Origin: a virus
Direction: 5' to 3' (one strand)
Length of the DNA: 64,000 bases
Virus record (IMG/VR): IMGVR_UViG_3300027969_000042
Span: 113,546 to 177,545 of that record
Part shown: positions 1 to 9,479 of the stretch, piece by piece
How positions within the stretch are numbered: position 1 is the first letter of the stretch
How the letters are laid out: the number at the start of each line of letters is the position of its first letter
The notes under the pieces: model-generated
Database searches by the model: none
Seen by the model: only the letters and a program-made list of their open reading frames with translations
What the model was told of the DNA's origin: nothing
Translations under genes and position numbers: made by a program

Positions 1-2049
1 AGCACCACTCCATTTTTTTGTACCTAAGTTGTAACCCATACCGAATAAACTCCATGGATATTTAGAACCATCGTCACCCCATTTTATTACTTCTTGCCAT
101 ACTGTAGAATTATTTAAAGATAAAACAATTTTTAGTTCTTTTTCTAAGAAACTTTTAAATTGATCATCACTTAATAATCTCTCGTTAAAGGTGCTTTCTT
201 TGTTATATCTTTCAATATTTACATTTTTAAGAGTAAACCTAAAAATTTTATCTATATTATTATCATAAATACCAGTTATTTCAACATAGTTAAACCCAGT
301 TATCTGTGGTTCAGTTGTGACTGGAGCTACAGCTGGAGTTGGTGTAACAGGATTTGTAACTGAATCAATAGTCGGTGTGGCTGTTGTAGCCGCAATAGTT
401 GGTGTATCAGGTGTATCAGGTGTAGTAGGAACAAAATTATCAAACTCACTTTGTTTACAAAGAGTATAAGTAAATGTTTCTTTTTTGGCAATAGTAACTT
501 GACTTTCACATAATGTTATAAATTGATCCCACTGTGATACTGTTTTAAATACTTGAGCACCACCAGAATAATTAAATACATTTTCTGCAGATCCTACATC
601 ACTTGATTTATGTAGTAAAACAATTGATTTTATATTTATTTTCTCTGATTTATAATTATAAATTTTTGTAGAGTCATTTATATGTATAGTAGCCTCGGCA
701 ATTTTTAAACACTTATCATTTTTAGGAGGAGTTGCAGTAGGATCTGATATATAAGTATCTAACTTACATTGATCATTATATTGTCCTAATGCTAATAACC
801 CAACACCCTCTGGTAATAATTCAGTTTTCGGGAAATAACCTGGCATTGTTGTTATTTGATATTCTAATAATTCCCAATTTCCATTTTGATTTTTATAGAA
901 TACGTTTAATGTATCATCAAATTTATTTGATATACTACCATCGTCTTTTTTAGATGATTGGAATGCGACAATATTTAATATCCCAATTTGATCAAATGTT
1001 CGGTAACCCTTAGACTTTAAGAAACTAATCAATTTATCTATCTTTGGATTAGATGTTGTTGATGATAATGGATCGGCAGGTGGATTAGTATTTATAGGAC
1101 CTGCTACACCATTTGCCACACTTGCACTCGCAACAGTTGTCGAAGTAACACCATTAGTACTTGCACTCGCACCTTGTCCAGTTATAGGGGCAGTTGTAGG
1201 AGTATTTATTGAAGGTTCTACGTGTTTATCATTATACTCTGGTTTAGGACCATCTACTGGTTTGAAATTCTCATTAGTCTTTTTAGTTAGATTATTTTCT
1301 TTCTTTGTAGAGTTCCAAGCATCTCCAAGTTGTGCAGTATCTTCTCTATGGGTATTTTTAACAGTTGAGACTTTATTATTATCTACAATATTTACGTGGT
1401 GTGATAAGAAAACAGGATCTCTTAATTGTTTATATTTCATTAAAACTTGTATCATAGCAGGGTTAGTAACAACAGGTGCACCTAAGTTACCTAAATAAGG
1501 TCCTCCTTTATTTCCCATTAAATTATCAACAAACTCATCAAACCAATCCATCCAATGGTTTCCTAAAATTGCTTGTTGTCCTGCAGTTGCATCTCCAATA
1601 TTTACGTGTCTATTATTGTCCTTTAAATTAAGGTCAATTGTATTGTCTGTAATATTGATATTATTGAACTTATGATCTATTTTTAAACCTTCTTTATCGT
1701 TTACGTATATTTGAGTTTTATGATCAAATATAAGAGACTTCATAGAAACATAATCAGTTGCTGATAATGATGTTAGTTTTTTTTCTAAATTTACATTATA
1801 GTGATCTGCAGATATAAACTCTGGTTTGTGTTCATCACCTGAATCAAATACAACTAAAAGTACTTTACCTTTCTCAGGTACATTAAACTCATTACCATTA
1901 AGATCCTTCCACGGACTGGCCCATGGAATTGCACTAACTTCAATATCATCAAATACATCTAAAACTCTAACTCTTGCACGACCTAATTTTAATGGATCAT
2001 TATTATCTTCAACAATACCAATATATGTTTTATTTGCTTCTACTCTCAT
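1..2049 (-). CDS. gp5: T4 gp5-like baseplate hub/spike protein with OB-fold N-terminus and a downstream peptidoglycan-enzyme-like domain; runs off the window start (absent from the ORF track)
   Basis: Manual translation from ATG 2049: MRVEANKTYIGIVEDNNDPLKLGRARVRV...IPWASPW...VPEKGKVLLVVFDSGD.HKP, the gp5/VgrG OB-fold motif. Frame was open in the segments checked, down to position 1. Confidence 0.8.
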   Translation of the reverse strand, partial: MRVEANKTYIGIVEDNNDPLKLGRARVRVLDVFDDIEVSAIPWASPWKDLNGNEFNVPEKGKVLLVVFDSGDEHKPEFISADHYNVNLEKKLTSLSATDYVSMKSLIFDHKTQIYVNDKEGLKIDHKFNNINITDNTIDLNLKDNNRHVNIGDATAGQQAILGNHWMDWFDEFVDNLMGNKGGPYLGNLGAPVVTNPAMIQVLMKYKQLRDPVFLSHHVNIVDNNKVSTVKNTHREDTAQLGDAWNSTKKENNLTKKTNENFKPVDGPKPEYNDKHVEPSINTPTTAPITGQGASASTNGVTSTTVASASVANGVAGPINTNPPADPLSSTTSNPKIDKLISFLKSKGYRTFDQIGILNIVAFQSSKKDDGSISNKFDDTLNVFYKNQNGNWELLEYQITTMPGYFPKTELLPEGVGLLALGQYNDQCKLDTYISDPTATPPKNDKCLKIAEATIHINDSTKIYNYKSEKINIKSIVLLHKSSDVGSAENVFNYSGGAQVFKTVSQWDQFITLCESQVTIAKKETFTYTLCKQSEFDNFVPTTPDTPDTPTIAATTATPTIDSVTNPVTPTPAVAPVTTEPQITGFNYVEITGIYDNNIDKIFRFTLKNVNIERYNKESTFNERLLSDDQFKSFLEKELKIVLSLNNSTVWQEVIKWGDDGSKYPWSLFGMGYNLGTKKWSGA

Positions 2050-2055
2050 AATTTA

Positions 2056-4287
2056 TTACTTTTTAATAAAGTTAGTAGCACCATTTAAAACGTTACTAAC
2101 TGCACCACCTGCAAAGTCTGCCAATTCATTTCTAATATCATAAAAAAATCTATCAGTTGTATTTGTTAGTGCAATACCCATTGGATCTTGTGGACCTACA
2201 TAGATATTTTGTGGTGGACTAATTCCTTTTTTTCCAACAAAGTCAATTAAAAGTTTATTTATTGTTCTTGATAATAAACTAACTCTACCATTTACTAATG
2301 TTGCTAATTCTTGTTTAGCACTTTTTATAGTTTTATCTTTTAATCTTTCAATAAAGTTACCAATATTAGTATCTGCTTTTTTGTTAGTTAGCTCTTTTAA
2401 AGATGTTGGTATTCCAATTGTTTTATTTTTCTCAGTAAAGTTTTTTATGGCAGACTCTGCACTATTTTTTAATAATGTTTTAGGATTATTTAATAACTCT
2501 AATTTTTTATTTTGTTCTTTAACTAATTTACTTAGATCTGCACCGATCGCAGTTTGATCTTTAGCATACCTTTTAAATTTATCTAAGTCAAATTTATCTT
2601 CTTCATCCTTTGTTTGTAAATCATCTATCTTCTCATCAATTGAAAATCCTAAAGGGTTTTCTGGTAAATTAACACCAAATCTATTTAATACTGCTGGTGA
2701 TTTAACACCATTGTTATTAGTTGTATTAGTACCTGATGTGAAAAATCTAGGTAAAGAAGTATCGCTTGTAGTTGATTGTGTTCCACCTCTTTGTACTCTT
2801 GCACCCGCGTTACCGATTTTCCAAATAGCACCACCATCATATCCAATATATTTACCGAAATTTGCAGATGGCATAAATTTTTCAAACTTAACTGTAGAAT
2901 ATTTATAATCAAACTGAATACCATAAGTATCATATGTTGCAATAGCAGCCATATCAATATCAGGATTGTGAGGCATTGTATTAAAAAAGAACTGACATTC
3001 TTTTAAAGAGTAAACATATCTAGATAAGTTATCTTTAATAACCTCTAAATCACCGTTATCCATAGCTTTTCTAACTCTATTAAAATTTCTACACTCAGAA
3101 ACTATAATATCACAGTTAAATCTTAGTAGATTTTCAGGTACTATACTTTTACCATTTGGTTTAGACCAATATAGTAATTTATATAAATGTGCTAAAGTAC
3201 CCATTGTCAGTGATACATCCTCTGTAAAATCAAGTGTAATAACATCCGTTCTATAATCAACCAGAAATTTTTTCTTATCTGGAGTATTTGATTCTATTAA
3301 ATTTCCTAATCCACCAATTTTTTTAAGATAATAACTCATATATGATGTTTTTCCACCTCTAAAAAGATCTTTAGAACTATCAGTATTTGCATAACCAGGT
3401 TTAGTTTTACTCATTGATACTTGTTCATCATTTATATTTACAGTAGTTTTAGTTCTAAATAGTTTTACAAATTGTTGTTTAAAATCCTCATAGACCGGAA
3501 TTTTATACTTTATCTCATCAACCCCACTATAAATCTTTAAAAAATCAAGTACAGAACCATTTAATAATGGAGAGGATATATCATCTATTATAATCTCAAA
3601 TCCAAACATAACAGGGTCGTTATTCTCATAAGGTGTTTGTTGAAATTGTGATAAACGTAATTCTGATTTACCATTTTCTGGATTTTCAATAGGAGTTAAA
3701 TTATCAATTATTTGTAAACCATGTTTAAAATAATCAGTTCTTGTATCATTAAATAATAAGTAATAATCACGTGTACTATAGGGAGATGATTTCAAATCTT
3801 TTGGTTTTTTAGGTAAATTTTTACTCTCACTAAACCTCTCATCAGTATCTAAGATAGTAGAATTTGCACCCGGCTTTATTAGTTGTCCCAACCAATCAAC
3901 ATACTCATACTCTCCTACTTTAATTTGATTTACTGTATTAGGAGTTGCTTCTAATTTATTTTCAGGACTAGTAGTATTAGTATCACCATTCGCATATTGT
4001 TCGGTTGACTTTGGAGTACTACCATATCTAAAATCTTTACTAGGTCCTATAAAATATGGAGACAAAAATCCTTTATCAATACTTGCCTGTGGCCAAGGAT
4101 TTCCATTTTTAATAATATTATCAATATTTGATCTCAAATCACCTTTAAGCTTATTAAGTTCAATAGTTTCAATTTGTCCAGTTTCTTTGTTAAAGATAGT
4201 ATAAGTTCCTGCTTTATACGAGTATTTAGGAGGAGTACCAACAATTGATTCAGCACTAGTAGAAGTAGACAGTTTACTTAGATCCAT
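2056..4287 (-). CDS. Hypothetical protein, probably virion structural (743 aa)
   Basis: Long ORF in the baseplate cluster with a late-promoter-like site upstream; no recognisable motif. Confidence 0.5.
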   Translation of the reverse strand: MDLSKLSTSTSAESIVGTPPKYSYKAGTYTIFNKETGQIETIELNKLKGDLRSNIDNIIKNGNPWPQASIDKGFLSPYFIGPSKDFRYGSTPKSTEQYANGDTNTTSPENKLEATPNTVNQIKVGEYEYVDWLGQLIKPGANSTILDTDERFSESKNLPKKPKDLKSSPYSTRDYYLLFNDTRTDYFKHGLQIIDNLTPIENPENGKSELRLSQFQQTPYENNDPVMFGFEIIIDDISSPLLNGSVLDFLKIYSGVDEIKYKIPVYEDFKQQFVKLFRTKTTVNINDEQVSMSKTKPGYANTDSSKDLFRGGKTSYMSYYLKKIGGLGNLIESNTPDKKKFLVDYRTDVITLDFTEDVSLTMGTLAHLYKLLYWSKPNGKSIVPENLLRFNCDIIVSECRNFNRVRKAMDNGDLEVIKDNLSRYVYSLKECQFFFNTMPHNPDIDMAAIATYDTYGIQFDYKYSTVKFEKFMPSANFGKYIGYDGGAIWKIGNAGARVQRGGTQSTTSDTSLPRFFTSGTNTTNNNGVKSPAVLNRFGVNLPENPLGFSIDEKIDDLQTKDEEDKFDLDKFKRYAKDQTAIGADLSKLVKEQNKKLELLNNPKTLLKNSAESAIKNFTEKNKTIGIPTSLKELTNKKADTNIGNFIERLKDKTIKSAKQELATLVNGRVSLLSRTINKLLIDFVGKKGISPPQNIYVGPQDPMGIALTNTTDRFFYDIRNELADFAGGAVSNVLNGATNFIKK

Positions 4288-4330
4288 TAAGTTAAATTAT
4301 ATTTGTAGTATATATAAATATTTTACTTTT

Positions 4331-6475
4331 CTATGCGACTTGTACTCCCGTCAATTTAGCGATTTTTTTACCACCTTGTGCAATTAATGAAGCCGATCTA
4401 GAACCTAGACTTTTACCAGTTCCTAATTTATACATTCTATGACCACCATTTACTCTTTCAATAACACTAGATTTTAATAAAGATTCTGAATCTTTCTTAC
4501 CAGAATTATACTCTTCATTTATTACCTTTAATAATCCTTTAATCCATCCAACTCCATTCCACTGTGCATAAATGACATTAAACATTAATCTACCATCAGA
4601 CTTAATAAGTGCTTGTATATTTTTATCAGGACAATAGTTGTTTAGACTACTATTAAATTTTGGTTCCATCACACCAGCGGCAAGTTTTACTAATTGACTA
4701 TATAATGGTTCTTTTGGCATGTGATTCCATCTCCATTTACTTCTTGCACCGGAACTATCAATTGCAGACCAAAAGTTTTTTGCAGCAGTACTGGTACTAT
4801 CTCCTTGTTTTCTATCTAAACCAAACATGGTTTCACCACTAGTACTATATCTACTATCTTTAACCCTACCATCCTTTGTCATATCTGGATGAAAATATCC
4901 TCCCTCTAAATTAGAAATAACTGCCTCTGTAACTTGTGTAAAAGTCATCGACTTTGTCAGCTTACTTGGTTTTAATTTGGCACTTGCTTCAAAATTTCCA
5001 GCCCCATTATTACCTGAAACAGAGTCAGATGTGTCATTAAGTCTTGCCTCAGCCATATCCATTTGTACTTCTGCCAACTCTTCCATTTGTTCTAATGCAA
5101 ATTCATCTTGACCAGCAAACTCATCCTCAACATATTCACTACCATAAACATCTACACCATCATCATATAATAAAGTTTCATCTTCTTGACCAATAATGAA
5201 TAAATTACCAAAGTCTGCATTTGAAAATATATCCAACTGTTCTACATTAAAAGTAAACTCTTGTGTTCCAATTGTACTTGTAGTTGGACCAGGAATCGAA
5301 CTTTCTGATGCCCCAGTTACGGTACTTGCCGATGAACCCACTGGTAAATCACTTGGTGGTACTACTGGAGGACCATCTGGTTCTGTATATTTAAGATAAA
5401 TTGATAAACCATAAGTACCTTCGATTATATTTTGTAAAGCAAGAATTGCATCAGTTGCAAGATTATTTTTAGTCGAAGTACTTTTACCACCATTAAATGT
5501 AATAGTTCCAGAATTATTTGGTACTACTACTTTAGTCTTTGGATTTGTCCATGGATTTGGTAATCCATTTAATGTACTATTAGGTATTATGTAATTTCCA
5601 CTTTCAATAAAAACTATTTTACCTTGTACTTTCTTCTCAATATCACTCAATGGATTTATTACACTCAATATATAATCAGTGTTTGTACCGGATTGTGTTC
5701 CAGACTGTGTTCCAGAAGTTTGAGATGGAAAAAAACCATCACCTGCTTCTAAAACTGCCAGAAAATATTTAGATTGTTCAGCAGTACCTAAAGGTAACCG
5801 AGTACCTGTATGATAATAACCTTTTAAATAATCATCAGTCAACTCATCTTCAATTCTCATAAAAATACTAGAGTAGTCTTTATATTTTAAATTTGATACA
5901 GATATTTTTGTATTATATATAACTCTATATAAAGAATGCATCCAAAAGTCAAACCAAGCTTTACCACCTAAGTTTTTTAGTTGTTTATATGATTTCAAAC
6001 TTTCAAAACTACCATCTTTAGTTCTTAATATATTATATAAATCCTGGTGTGTTTTAAGACCTGTTTCATATTGTTCTGCCAAGTATGACATAGTTGCGTA
6101 AGTATATCCTTCGGTGTATAAAGAGGTTGGAGTTATTAGATTATCATCTCTATCATATTTTCTATCGACATAATCTTCTACAATCTCAGGGTTTGACCTA
6201 TAATTATTATATTGGATACTATAGTTTTTAGGTCCACTTGCAGGATAAGACCAGTCAAATAATTGACCTAATGTTGTTACATCAAATCCGTCTATTGTAA
6301 ATTTATCAGTGATACCTAAAACATCCATTTTTGGCATCTTTAGTGTAAAGGGATCCGTAAGTGCAATTGCAGTTTGTCTAGCTGCTAAGTAAGCATCTAC
6401 CTCACTTTGTGCATTTGCTATCTCTACATCTACTGCAGTATTCCATGCATCAATAAGCTCTTGTATCTTTGACAT
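4331..6475 (-). CDS. Virion-associated protein with a C-terminal GH108-like (lysozyme-fold) domain
   Basis: C-terminal AVISNLEGGYFHP...SGETMFGLDRK resembles the GH108 EGGY...G.T..GI motif; N-terminus is paralogous to 6482..9436. Confidence 0.6.
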   Translation of the reverse strand: MSKIQELIDAWNTAVDVEIANAQSEVDAYLAARQTAIALTDPFTLKMPKMDVLGITDKFTIDGFDVTTLGQLFDWSYPASGPKNYSIQYNNYRSNPEIVEDYVDRKYDRDDNLITPTSLYTEGYTYATMSYLAEQYETGLKTHQDLYNILRTKDGSFESLKSYKQLKNLGGKAWFDFWMHSLYRVIYNTKISVSNLKYKDYSSIFMRIEDELTDDYLKGYYHTGTRLPLGTAEQSKYFLAVLEAGDGFFPSQTSGTQSGTQSGTNTDYILSVINPLSDIEKKVQGKIVFIESGNYIIPNSTLNGLPNPWTNPKTKVVVPNNSGTITFNGGKSTSTKNNLATDAILALQNIIEGTYGLSIYLKYTEPDGPPVVPPSDLPVGSSASTVTGASESSIPGPTTSTIGTQEFTFNVEQLDIFSNADFGNLFIIGQEDETLLYDDGVDVYGSEYVEDEFAGQDEFALEQMEELAEVQMDMAEARLNDTSDSVSGNNGAGNFEASAKLKPSKLTKSMTFTQVTEAVISNLEGGYFHPDMTKDGRVKDSRYSTSGETMFGLDRKQGDSTSTAAKNFWSAIDSSGARSKWRWNHMPKEPLYSQLVKLAAGVMEPKFNSSLNNYCPDKNIQALIKSDGRLMFNVIYAQWNGVGWIKGLLKVINEEYNSGKKDSESLLKSSVIERVNGGHRMYKLGTGKSLGSRSASLIAQGGKKIAKLTGVQVA

Positions 6476-6481
6476 TATTCA

Positions 6482-9436
6482 TTAAATATTTTTTATAGTT
6501 GCTTTTACTTCTTTACCATTTGTAGAAACTTCAGTAATTGTCAATTTAAACGCTTTACCAGAATTGTTCTGAACAAGGAATACCTGACCAACTTTATAAA
6601 CACTATTTGGTGGTACGGCAGTTGATAATATAGGTTGTGTTTGACCCGGTACTACAGGATTTTCGTTATTCTGTGTATTTGTTTCTGCATTTGTAGGTGC
6701 AGAATTTGCATCTTTTTTCAACTCATCATCTGTTTTACTAAGCTCTTTTCTAACAGCGGTAACTTTTTGAGTTAAATTGCCTTGTGTCCAAGTATATGAT
6801 ATATCAATAATAACCCATTCACCTGTTAAACGTTTTTGTGAGATCTCATCATTATTAACAGAAGTTTTCATATTTATAAAGTTTAACTGTATCTTCATAA
6901 ATTTATATAAATTGAAATTTGCGTTAGGAAGTTCTAAATCAACAGAAATTCTAGCCATATTATCAAAGTTTACTTTATTCTGTGTTTCTGAATAATAGTA
7001 TTGTTTATGTACATTCTCAGTATCCATTTTACCAGAGTATCTTGTACGATAATTATCTTTAATACTTTTATCATCAGACGGAGAACCTTTTAGTATAATA
7101 CTTTTTGATCCATCTGATGTCTGTGAATCAACATCAAATACTAAAAATTGCTTTTTTAAACTATCATATGTTTTTGATACTGTGAAGTGACCATTATTAA
7201 GAGAAGTTTGTGTTGAATTATTATTTACTCTATACCTATTAAAGAAAAATGAACTACTATTTTGACTTAAATCATTACTCAATTGTAATTTTACAACCTT
7301 TTCACTTTCTTCTTTTGTATTTAAGTGATTTAAACCTCTCGAATTTATACCAACATCTTTAGATATATCTCTAATCCATTCTTTTTCAATATCTACATAA
7401 TTGAAACAATAATAAAAGTCTACATAACCTATAAGAAATGTTTTATCTGAAATATATGAATGTGAAATAATATCAGTAATAAATGTTCTAAATAGCTTAC
7501 CATTATTTACCCAGGTCATACTATCAGAAGTATTTGTAATATTAGAATTAAATCCTATTCCCAACTCCTTACACATTTTTTGCAATGTCTCAAATGAAGT
7601 TCCTTTATAACTCTGAAATCTTATTTTATAAAAATCTTGAAGGTCTAGTGTACCGACTATTGTATAAGTTTTACTTTTATTTTCTTGGAAATTATTTAAT
7701 TTAAACTTTAGATGTATTGATTTTAGATTCTTTGAACCAGAATTTAAAAATATCTCAAATTTACTATCATCAAGTGGAAATCCATCTTTTTTCATAACTC
7801 CCATTGAGTCAACAAAAACAATAGATACCATAGGTACTAGACCATCATAATATAAATTCAGTGAGTTTATATATCGTTGATCTATCTGAACACCAGAATA
7901 CCAGAAAAATGGAGTAAATCCAAGAGCACCTGCTACTTCTGCATTATCTTTATTATTTTGTAATGCATCAAATTCAATAGGTTTTAGTTTAATTGTTGGT
8001 TTATCTATCTGTGCAATTATTGGACGTGTGCCTTGTATATCTTTTGGTTCTTGTTCACCACCTCTTGACTTATCTTGTGCTATAACATCATCTTCTGGTA
8101 AAACTTTTATTGTAACTTCAGATGTTTCTATAAGATTTGAATCAGGTATTACCGAAATAACATAATCACCAGGTGCATCAAATTGAATACCTGCAAAATT
8201 CACAAAACCATCTTTAACTGTTTGTTCTACTTCACCTATTAGTTCACCAGGACCACTTTTCTTTTGTAGCTTAATCTTTATTCCAGTTGCATCAAAAGTA
8301 CTTTGAGTCATACCAGATTGAGTTGCAGTTAAAGGTGCAGAAGACTGAGTACCAGATTGAGTACCAGATTCAGGTCCGGATACTAAAGAAGTGTCAGATG
8401 GTGTATATTGTAACTTTAATTCTATTCCCCAGTGATAATCTATAAGATTTTGTAGATTTCTAATTGCATCATCTGCTATTATTGTATCACTTAAATTACC
8501 TGTATTATTAAGAGGTCTACCATCATATGAAATAGTACCATTTTTATCAACTTGTTTATCTGTCTTTGGATTTTTCCATGGATTCGGTAAGTTATTTAAT
8601 ACAGATTTTGCAATTCTATCTTTTCCTTGTTCAGAAAATTTAAGTGTACCTTCTATCTTTTTATCATTATCACTTTTTGGATCTTTTACTGATATTTTAT
8701 ATTCTACATTAGGTACATTAGATTGTGTAGTAGATTGAGTACCAGATTGAGTACCAGATTGAGTACCAGATTGAGTCGCAGCTACAACACCAGGTGGAAG
8801 TTGATAGTTATCGCCTGCTTCAATAAAAGCATCGTAAAGAATTGGAAGTGTAGTAATCCAACTTGTTGAAACATCTGCAATATCACCATAATTATATTTG
8901 AATTCTGAAATAAAATCACTATAATCATCAGTAAACTCATCAGAATTTTTATAATCTGATATTGATTTTTTCTCATCTTTTAAAAATTTAAGTGCAGATG
9001 ACATGAACGCATCAAACCATTTTTGTGCACCATATTTTCTAAGGTCATTAATAAATTTTACTTGTAGTGAAGCTCCATATGTTTTTTTAAGAATATCTTC
9101 TAGTGGTTTTGCTCCAGTATCTTGATCCTTAAGCTCTGCAAAAACATCACCGAGACTAGTAGGATCATTTCCACTAGGAAACCATCTTTCACCACCTTCT
9201 GGATTATGATAGATATACTTAAATAGATCTCCAACTGTACTTACAGCGGGATCTCTACGATAAACACCATCACTATCTGGTTCTTTCTTATAGGGCCAAG
9301 AACAAATTTTACCATAGGTTATTGCAATAGCAGACGCTCTTGCAGTTTTATATTCGGCTACTTTACCAGTATAAAAGTTAAGTTTTGCTAAAGTGAGAGT
9401 CTCAAAATTATCAATGAAAATTTGTATTTTTGACAT
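6482..9436 (-). CDS. Putative baseplate hub protein (gp27/late-control-D-like C-terminal half) with an accessory N-terminal module
   Basis: C-terminal half has hub-like architecture (GTSFETLQKMCKELGIGF...FITDIISHSY...YVDFYYCFNYVD...LTGEWVIIDISYTW); lies in the baseplate cluster. Confidence 0.5.
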   Translation of the reverse strand: MSKIQIFIDNFETLTLAKLNFYTGKVAEYKTARASAIAITYGKICSWPYKKEPDSDGVYRRDPAVSTVGDLFKYIYHNPEGGERWFPSGNDPTSLGDVFAELKDQDTGAKPLEDILKKTYGASLQVKFINDLRKYGAQKWFDAFMSSALKFLKDEKKSISDYKNSDEFTDDYSDFISEFKYNYGDIADVSTSWITTLPILYDAFIEAGDNYQLPPGVVAATQSGTQSGTQSGTQSTTQSNVPNVEYKISVKDPKSDNDKKIEGTLKFSEQGKDRIAKSVLNNLPNPWKNPKTDKQVDKNGTISYDGRPLNNTGNLSDTIIADDAIRNLQNLIDYHWGIELKLQYTPSDTSLVSGPESGTQSGTQSSAPLTATQSGMTQSTFDATGIKIKLQKKSGPGELIGEVEQTVKDGFVNFAGIQFDAPGDYVISVIPDSNLIETSEVTIKVLPEDDVIAQDKSRGGEQEPKDIQGTRPIIAQIDKPTIKLKPIEFDALQNNKDNAEVAGALGFTPFFWYSGVQIDQRYINSLNLYYDGLVPMVSIVFVDSMGVMKKDGFPLDDSKFEIFLNSGSKNLKSIHLKFKLNNFQENKSKTYTIVGTLDLQDFYKIRFQSYKGTSFETLQKMCKELGIGFNSNITNTSDSMTWVNNGKLFRTFITDIISHSYISDKTFLIGYVDFYYCFNYVDIEKEWIRDISKDVGINSRGLNHLNTKEESEKVVKLQLSNDLSQNSSSFFFNRYRVNNNSTQTSLNNGHFTVSKTYDSLKKQFLVFDVDSQTSDGSKSIILKGSPSDDKSIKDNYRTRYSGKMDTENVHKQYYYSETQNKVNFDNMARISVDLELPNANFNLYKFMKIQLNFINMKTSVNNDEISQKRLTGEWVIIDISYTWTQGNLTQKVTAVRKELSKTDDELKKDANSAPTNAETNTQNNENPVVPGQTQPILSTAVPPNSVYKVGQVFLVQNNSGKAFKLTITEVSTNGKEVKATIKNI

Positions 9437-9479
9437 TAAATATAATAAATTTTATCTATTATATATAAAGATAGTGTCG

